Origin: Escherichia coli
GTDB taxonomy: Bacteria; Pseudomonadota; Gammaproteobacteria; Enterobacterales; Enterobacteriaceae
Strand: one strand, 5' to 3'
Assembly: GCF_003334385.1 (NCBI RefSeq)
Contig: NZ_QOWN01000003.1
Length of the DNA stretch: 64,000 nucleotides
A program made the position numbers and the translations under genes. Each line of letters begins with the position of its first letter. Position 1 is the stretch's first letter. Shown one piece after another: positions 58,066 to 64,000 of the stretch. The notes below the pieces were generated by a model that did no database searches, was not told the DNA's origin, and saw only the letters and a program-made list of their open reading frames with translations.

Positions 58066-58305
58066 GTGGCGGAGCAATTAGAGTTCTTTCCCGTCCAGAG
58101 CCCGTGCCGGGGAATTTGCCAGTCTGACGAACGCGGGTTTTGTCGCGGCTGTTTTCGTAGTCGTGATGAGCGTTTTAACTGGAATAAAATGAGCGATGGC
58201 GAAAAACAAGAGGTGCTGCGCCTTTGTCGGCAGCGATTAATGCGCAAATTACGCGCAAATAAGCCAGCGTCATCAGACGAACCGGAGCAACCATCACTCT
58301 TTTGA
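58066..58305 (+). CDS. ydhL: small Cys-rich protein (DUF1289)
   Basis: ORF track 57895..58305; likely GTG start at 58066 (VAEQLEFFPVQSPCRGICQSDERGFCRGCF...), preceded by GAGGAGG Shine-Dalgarno; about 79 aa. Confidence 0.65.
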   Translation: MAEQLEFFPVQSPCRGICQSDERGFCRGCFRSRDERFNWNKMSDGEKQEVLRLCRQRLMRKLRANKPASSDEPEQPSLF

Positions 58306-58353
58306 ACCTAATCTTGCGTATACTCCTCTCATATCTGATAAGAGGAAGCGATT

Positions 58354-59250
58354 ATGGTTCAGCGTATTACTATTGCGCCGCAAGGCCCGGAGTTTTCCCG
58401 TTTTGTGATGGGCTACTGGCGATTGATGGACTGGAATATGTCCGCCCGCCAGCTGGTCAGTTTTATTGAAGAGCATCTGGATCTCGGCGTGACCACCGTG
58501 GACCATGCTGATATTTATGGTGGCTATCAGTGCGAAGCGGCGTTTGGCGAGGCACTGAAACTGGCACCTCACCTGCGTGAACGGATGGAAATCGTCAGTA
58601 AATGCGGTATCGCGACGACCGCGCGTGAAGAAAACGTCATTGGTCATTACATCACTGACCGCGATCACATCATTAAGAGCGCCGAACAGTCGCTAATTAA
58701 TCTCGCGACCGATCATCTGGATTTGCTGTTAATCCACCGACCAGACCCGTTAATGGATGCCGATGAAGTGGCGGACGCGTTCAAACATCTGCATCAGAGC
58801 GGCAAAGTGCGTCATTTTGGCGTATCGAACTTTACGCCTGCGCAATTTGCCCTGTTGCAATCACGTCTGCCGTTTACCCTTGCCACTAATCAGGTGGAAA
58901 TATCCCCGGTGCATCAGCCGTTACTGCTGGATGGCACGCTCGACCAACTACAACAACTGCGTGTTCGTCCGATGGCGTGGTCCTGCCTTGGTGGTGGTCG
59001 TCTGTTTAATGATGATTATTTCCAGCCGCTGCGTGATGAACTGGCTGTGGTGGCAGAGGAGTTAAACGCGGGCTCGATTGAACAGGTGGTTTACGCCTGG
59101 GTATTACGTTTACCATCGCAGCCGCTGCCAATTATCGGTTCAGGTAAAATTGAGCGCGTACGGGCAGCTGTCGAAGCAGAAACACTGAAAATGACCCGTC
59201 AACAATGGTTTCGTATCCGTAAAGCGGCACTGGGGTACGACGTACCGTAA
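58354..59250 (+). CDS. ydhF: aldo-keto reductase family oxidoreductase
   Basis: 298-aa ORF. Confidence 0.85.
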   Translation: MVQRITIAPQGPEFSRFVMGYWRLMDWNMSARQLVSFIEEHLDLGVTTVDHADIYGGYQCEAAFGEALKLAPHLRERMEIVSKCGIATTAREENVIGHYITDRDHIIKSAEQSLINLATDHLDLLLIHRPDPLMDADEVADAFKHLHQSGKVRHFGVSNFTPAQFALLQSRLPFTLATNQVEISPVHQPLLLDGTLDQLQQLRVRPMAWSCLGGGRLFNDDYFQPLRDELAVVAEELNAGSIEQVVYAWVLRLPSQPLPIIGSGKIERVRAAVEAETLKMTRQQWFRIRKAALGYDVP

Positions 59251-59330
59251 GCACTTTTAGGAATAGCCGCCGTTCAAAAATGTGTCACTGGTTTACACTT
59301 ATTCAGGAATGCACAATGAACGGAGGTCCT

Positions 59331-59852
59331 ATGAAACGTTTTAGTCTGGCTATTCTGGCGCTGGTTGTTGCAACCGGCGCACAAGCTGCCAGTGAAAAAG
59401 TCGAGATGAACCTCGTCACGTCGCAAGGGGTAGGGCAGTCAATTGGTAGCGTCACCATTACTGAAACCGATAAAGGTCTGGAGTTTTCGCCCGATCTGAA
59501 AGCATTACCCCCCGGTGAACATGGCTTCCATATTCATGCCAAAGGAAGCTGCCAGCCAGCCACCAAAGATGGCAAAGCCAGCGCCGCGGAATCCGCAGGC
59601 GGGCATCTTGATCCACAAAATACCGGTAAACATGAAGGGCCAGAAGGTGCCGGGCATTTAGGCGATCTGCCTGCACTGGTCGTCAATAATGACGGCAAAG
59701 CTACCGATGCCGTCATCGCGCCTCGTCTGAAATCACTGGATGAAATCAAAGACAAAGCGCTGATGGTCCACGTTGGCGGCGATAATATGTCCGATCAACC
59801 TAAACCGCTGGGCGGTGGCGGTGAACGCTATGCCTGTGGTGTAATTAAGTAA
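59331..59852 (+). CDS. sodC: periplasmic Cu/Zn superoxide dismutase
   Basis: ORF track 59280..59852; start taken at ATG 59331 (MKRFSLAILALVVATGAQA signal peptide), about 173 aa; His-rich metal-binding motifs. Confidence 0.9.
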   Translation: MKRFSLAILALVVATGAQAASEKVEMNLVTSQGVGQSIGSVTITETDKGLEFSPDLKALPPGEHGFHIHAKGSCQPATKDGKASAAESAGGHLDPQNTGKHEGPEGAGHLGDLPALVVNNDGKATDAVIAPRLKSLDEIKDKALMVHVGGDNMSDQPKPLGGGGERYACGVIK

Positions 59853-61865
59853 TTAAGAGGCCAGCGTACCTTGCGGTGGTGCTTGCTCAAGTTGCGAAAG
59901 CGAGCAGTACAGCCGCCAGACAATTGCCGCCAGCTCACGGGCGGCAGGTTGATGATGACGGGCAAGGCTGTCGCAAATCCGCTGTAATTCTTCAAGTGTG
60001 GCCGCCAGTGATTTTTGCTGAACGCCACGCTCACTCATCACTCCCCGCAACAGTGAAATACAGTTATCCCGTACTCGCGATAACGGATCGGAACGCGATT
60101 CCCAGTCGCGCAATTGCCAGACAACATGAGAACAGTTCAGCAGCACTACACCCCAGCGTAATAACCAACGGCGAGCCAGCGCATCCTGGCTGTTACTCAA
60201 CTGACTGACGTGATGATAAGTGAGCGATTCAAATTCGCTTTCACTCAGTGTTGGATGGCGGCTTAGCTGATCGACAAAATCCCGGCGCAGCGCGCGAATA
60301 TGGCGGCGGCTTTTACGAGCATCCGATCCTGGACGCAGAATGGCGAACTCTAACCACGCCAACGCGACGCCAACGATTTTTGCCAGATTCTCGTTAAGAA
60401 AATCAGCAAAATCATACACCGGGGGATTAGTGACAGCGATAAAAGAACCCATAAAAACAATCAGTTGCCCCCACAATGCGGCAAATTTTGGCATCTGCAA
60501 TTTAAGAAGCTGCATTGTCGCCAGCAGTGGAAAGAGAAACAGTAAAAATTGCCACAGATCGCTAATCTGGACCATCAGACCAAATTTGACCACAAAGCTG
60601 AATAGCGAAAGTAACACCAGCGTGCGCATCAGAAGTGACAACGACTTAAACGGTGCTGCGACGGCGGAGTAGAGTACGCAGCTAATTGCTGCCAGCGTTA
60701 ATGCATTGGCACCGGCATCCCATTGCGAAGCAATACTCCATGCGCCAATCATCATCAACGTACAAAATGTACGCAGCCCGCTCCACATAGCTTCGGCGTT
60801 ATCGGTATGACGAGCCAGGCCGGATGTCCGTGGGAGTCTGGTATGATCATCTACACCGCTTTGCAGACGATGTAATTCCTGACTACTTTGCAGATAAAGG
60901 CGGCAAAAATAACGTAGTCGCTGCCAGAAGGCGACGTGCCGATAGTCGGCGACGTTGGTCGGGCGTAGCGGGGCGATAATACGTGCGACGGTGTAAACAT
61001 CTGTTTGCGAACTGGCGAGCGCCGTCAGCAACTGTTCGAGAATTTCTCGTGTGGCACCTGGCGGTGAGGGCCAGTTGAGCAACATACGTCGCAGGCTGGA
61101 GATGACACTGGTCATACGTAATTGCTGGTGGAGCAGCGCATTAAGGCGCGCGTTTTGCTGGCGAAAACGATAGTGGCTCCAGAAAGCCTGGATACGCAGC
61201 AAATTCATGGTCAGTATCTGCCCAATCACCCCTTCATGTGCTGCACGAATGGCATCGGTTGTTTCAGGCTGCCAGAGTAAACTGGCATGTTCCAGTAATC
61301 GGGCGTGCATGTTTTTCAATGCGGTTAAAAGGGCAGTAGCATCGGAACTGCTCGGCAGGATCATCATCATCATGCCGCCGCACAAAATACCGACTATTAC
61401 CTCGCAAACGCGCGCCTGAGCGATATCCCACAGCTGGCTGGCCTCAGTAATATTAACCATCGGAAAGGCGATGATGGCAGCCGTGTAGCCCGCCAGTTGA
61501 AATGCATACGCGACGTTATTCGTGAAGTGCGCACAGGCCCAGGTACAAAAGCCAAGCCACGCCGACATGCTCAATAGAAAAAACCACGGCTCATTGAGCG
61601 TATGCCCGGCAAGAAGCAGTGCCGCAATGGCTCCGAGCAAACTGCCAGCGATGCGTCCGAGGCTTTTGCTGATAACACCGCCAACGGTGGGAAAGCTAAC
61701 CACTGCAGCCGAGGTCATCGCCCAATAGGGTTCATCCAGATTTAAATAATAGGCAACCGTCAGCGCCAGACACATGGCAATGGTATTGCGTAACGCATAA
61801 CGCCATTGCGCCAGCGTGGCCCTGAACCAGGGCAAATTGCGCAAGGACCATGACGATGCGTTCAT
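59853..61865 (-). CDS. ydhK: FUSC-family inner-membrane exporter-like protein
   Basis: 670-aa polytopic ORF; stop codon directly abuts the sodC stop. Confidence 0.82.
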   Translation of the reverse strand: MNASSWSLRNLPWFRATLAQWRYALRNTIAMCLALTVAYYLNLDEPYWAMTSAAVVSFPTVGGVISKSLGRIAGSLLGAIAALLLAGHTLNEPWFFLLSMSAWLGFCTWACAHFTNNVAYAFQLAGYTAAIIAFPMVNITEASQLWDIAQARVCEVIVGILCGGMMMMILPSSSDATALLTALKNMHARLLEHASLLWQPETTDAIRAAHEGVIGQILTMNLLRIQAFWSHYRFRQQNARLNALLHQQLRMTSVISSLRRMLLNWPSPPGATREILEQLLTALASSQTDVYTVARIIAPLRPTNVADYRHVAFWQRLRYFCRLYLQSSQELHRLQSGVDDHTRLPRTSGLARHTDNAEAMWSGLRTFCTLMMIGAWSIASQWDAGANALTLAAISCVLYSAVAAPFKSLSLLMRTLVLLSLFSFVVKFGLMVQISDLWQFLLFLFPLLATMQLLKLQMPKFAALWGQLIVFMGSFIAVTNPPVYDFADFLNENLAKIVGVALAWLEFAILRPGSDARKSRRHIRALRRDFVDQLSRHPTLSESEFESLTYHHVSQLSNSQDALARRWLLRWGVVLLNCSHVVWQLRDWESRSDPLSRVRDNCISLLRGVMSERGVQQKSLAATLEELQRICDSLARHHQPAARELAAIVWRLYCSLSQLEQAPPQGTLAS

Positions 61866-62722
61866 TATTGACCTACGGCAATGCTACAGGTGGTGCCCGA
61901 CACCAACGTGACATCGCCTGGGACTTTATCCAGCGCAAAGCGGACGGGAACGCGTTGGGCGAGTCGAACCCAGGGGACGTTAGGTTTAACATCCGGAATA
62001 AGGCTTGAGTCACTTTCAACGCTCTGATCATAAATCGCCCGACCGATACTGGAAACGTGACCCTGTAACGTTTTGTTATCACTATAGAGGGTAATTTGTG
62101 CTGGTGCACCTTCGCGGATATGGCGCAACTTGGTTTCTTCAAAATAACCAATGACGTAAAACGAGTGGCTGTCGACAAGGGCAAACAGCGGTTTCCCGGT
62201 ATCAGCGTAATCGCCGATGCGGGTAGTAAGGTTAGTCACCCATCCACTCACCGGGGCGCGAATTTCCGTTTGCGCCAGTTGCCATTGTGCCTGTTTCAGC
62301 GTCGCCTGTGCGGCATCAACACTGGCCTGCATCGCTTTAACATTGAGGTTAGCGGTATCGAGTTCTTCGGCAGAAATAAAATTTTGTGAGAGATGACGAC
62401 GACGATTCGCTTCGTTATTGGCTTTTGCGAGGTCAGATTGCGCTTTCGCCAGCTGAGCCTGTGCGTTCAGCTCGGCGATCTGAAAGGGCGTTTTATCGAT
62501 CGTGAGCAGAAGATCCCCCGCGTTAACCAGCTGGTTGTCTTTTATATTCAGCTCAACAATACGTCCCGACACCTGTGGGGTGATAGAAACCTGTTCTGCG
62601 CGTATTTTCCCGTCGCGTGTCCACGGAGATTGCATGTAATAATTCCACAGCCACCATCCGGCAAGAACCGCAACTACCGCTACAATGATTGTTGAGAAAT
62701 ACTTAATTGTTTTAATTGACAT
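61865..62722 (-). CDS. ydhJ: HlyD-family membrane-fusion (periplasmic adaptor) protein
   Basis: ORF track 61865..62764; start taken at ATG 62720-62722 ([14 protein letters not shown]...), about 285 aa; N-terminal TM segment. Confidence 0.8.
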   Translation of the reverse strand: MSIKTIKYFSTIIVAVVAVLAGWWLWNYYMQSPWTRDGKIRAEQVSITPQVSGRIVELNIKDNQLVNAGDLLLTIDKTPFQIAELNAQAQLAKAQSDLAKANNEANRRRHLSQNFISAEELDTANLNVKAMQASVDAAQATLKQAQWQLAQTEIRAPVSGWVTNLTTRIGDYADTGKPLFALVDSHSFYVIGYFEETKLRHIREGAPAQITLYSDNKTLQGHVSSIGRAIYDQSVESDSSLIPDVKPNVPWVRLAQRVPVRFALDKVPGDVTLVSGTTCSIAVGQ

Positions 62723-62724
62723 AG

Positions 62725-62961
62725 TTACCACGCAATCAGTATTGCCAGAGCAAGGCAAACGCAAATCGCAAACAGCGATAAATCCATTAACAAGGGATGC
62801 CAGATGTCACCGGCGTAGATCCAGCCACGAAGCAGGCGGTGTACGACAAGCCAGATGACGAATCCAAACGCGAATGCTTTGAAAAACGGAGGAAAGTAGA
62901 CGGACGCACCGAACACCAGATCTTGTAAGGGCAATCCTGTTGCATTGAGCATAAACTTCAC
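62725..62961 (-). CDS. ydhI: small membrane protein (DUF1656)
   Basis: 78-aa hydrophobic ORF immediately upstream of ydhJ. Confidence 0.75.
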
Positions 62962-63161
62962 AAAGTAGATTCCTTTACGACCGAATATATTGCGTTAGAT
63001 TAATAAATATTCTTTAAGTGCGAAAAATTTACGCGCAATTTCTGAAAAATATGTCTGACGGTAACCAAATGCAGCAATACATTTGTTTTAGCAATACAAT
63101 TGCTGCACACTATTCTAAAAGCCGCATAATATCTTAGCAAGCTAATTATAAGGAGATGAAA

Positions 63162-63596
63162 TTGGAATCGCCACTAGGTTCTGATCTGGCACGGTTGGTG
63201 CGCATATGGCGTGCTCTGATAGACCATCGCCTGAAACCGCTGGAGTTAACACAAACCCATTGGGTTACGTTACACAATATCCATCAGTTACCTCCAGACC
63301 AGTCGCAAATTCAACTGGCAAAAGCGATTGGCATCGAGCAGCCATCACTGGTCCGTACTCTGGACCAACTGGAAGAAAAAGGGTTAATTTCGCGTCAAAC
63401 TTGTGCCAGCGATCGTCGGGCTAAACGTATTAAACTGACGGAAAAGGCAGAGCCGCTGATCAGCGAAATGGAAGCTGTTATTAACAAAACCCGCGCGGAA
63501 ATATTACATGGCATCTCCGCAGAGGAACTGGAGCAACTGATTACGCTCATCGCAAAACTTGAGCATAATATCATTGAGTTACAGGCCAAAGGGTGA
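63162..63596 (+). CDS. slyA: MarR-family transcriptional regulator SlyA
   Basis: ORF track starts at ATG 63156, which directly abuts the Shine-Dalgarno AAGGAG; the TTG at 63162 ([16 protein letters not shown]...) has normal spacing and gives 144 aa. Confidence 0.88.
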
Positions 63597-63606
63597 AATG
63601 AAGGGG

Positions 63607-63634
63607 GCGTGTGGTCAGTAACCTGACCACACGC
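63607..63634. terminator. hairpin between convergent slyA and slyB
   Basis: GCGTGTGGTCAG-TAAC-CTGACCACACGC, a perfect 12-bp stem. Confidence 0.55.
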
Positions 63635-63642
63635 AAACTTAT

Positions 63643-64000
63643 TTAGCGCGGAGAAACGGTCACCTGACTGCCATTGCTGGCCAGTACGACACGTTGGCCC
63701 GGAGAGAAACGAGTGTTGCCTTGTTTCTGTACCACCATGATGGTATTACCATCGTCTTTACGAATTTCCAGCTCGACACCCTGCGTTTTGTTCATTGCAC
63801 TCTGTACGCCCTGACCAGCTACGCCACCTGCAACAGCGCCTGCTGCAGTAGCCAGAGAACGCCCGGTTCCGCCACCAACAGTATTCCCCAGGAAACCACC
63901 AAGAACAGCACCGCCAATTGCACCGATAACGTTGGAATCATCACCGCCCTGAATCTGTACCGGACGTACGTTAACGATGGTGCCATAGCTGACATTCTGT
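63643..64000 (-). CDS. slyB: outer-membrane lipoprotein SlyB, C-terminal part only (gene runs off the window end)
   Basis: Minus-strand frame ending ...GQRVVLASNGSQVTVSPR with stop at 63643-63645; Gly-rich segment upstream; convergent with slyA. Confidence 0.75.
   Translation of the reverse strand, partial: QNVSYGTIVNVRPVQIQGGDDSNVIGAIGGAVLGGFLGNTVGGGTGRSLATAAGAVAGGVAGQGVQSAMNKTQGVELEIRKDDGNTIMVVQKQGNTRFSPGQRVVLASNGSQVTVSPR

Overview
This window reads as a contiguous, gene-dense stretch of an Escherichia coli K-12-type core chromosome, shown in reverse orientation relative to the usual map (fadK at the left edge, slyB at the right). I see no sign of a previously undescribed system: no IS elements, integrases, prophage genes, CRISPR arrays or defence-island-like cassettes. 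About 60 protein-coding genes are supported (ydiQRST-fadK, ydiF-ydiO, aroD-ydiB, sufABCDSE, lpp, pykF, ydhYVWXUT, mdtK, ribC, cfa, purR, sodB, lhr, rnt, gloA, nemRA, sodC, ydhIJK, slyA and others), plus two tandem tRNA-Val genes, the sRNA RprA, a possible RydB-type sRNA, a REP cluster and several regulatory sites and terminators. The one clear anomaly is lhr, whose reading frame is broken by an apparent 1-nt deletion in a T7/A7 homopolymer. The best candidates for a second look are conserved but poorly characterised clusters: the ydhYVWXUT anaerobic oxidoreductase operon, the ETF-linked acyl-CoA cluster, the YdhT nonapeptide-repeat protein, the YdhQ solenoid protein and ydhIJK. Gene names and products come from recall of E. 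coli protein sequences and gene order, not from database searches. True start codons were re-assigned where the ORF track's longest-ORF call carried an obvious N-terminal extension.
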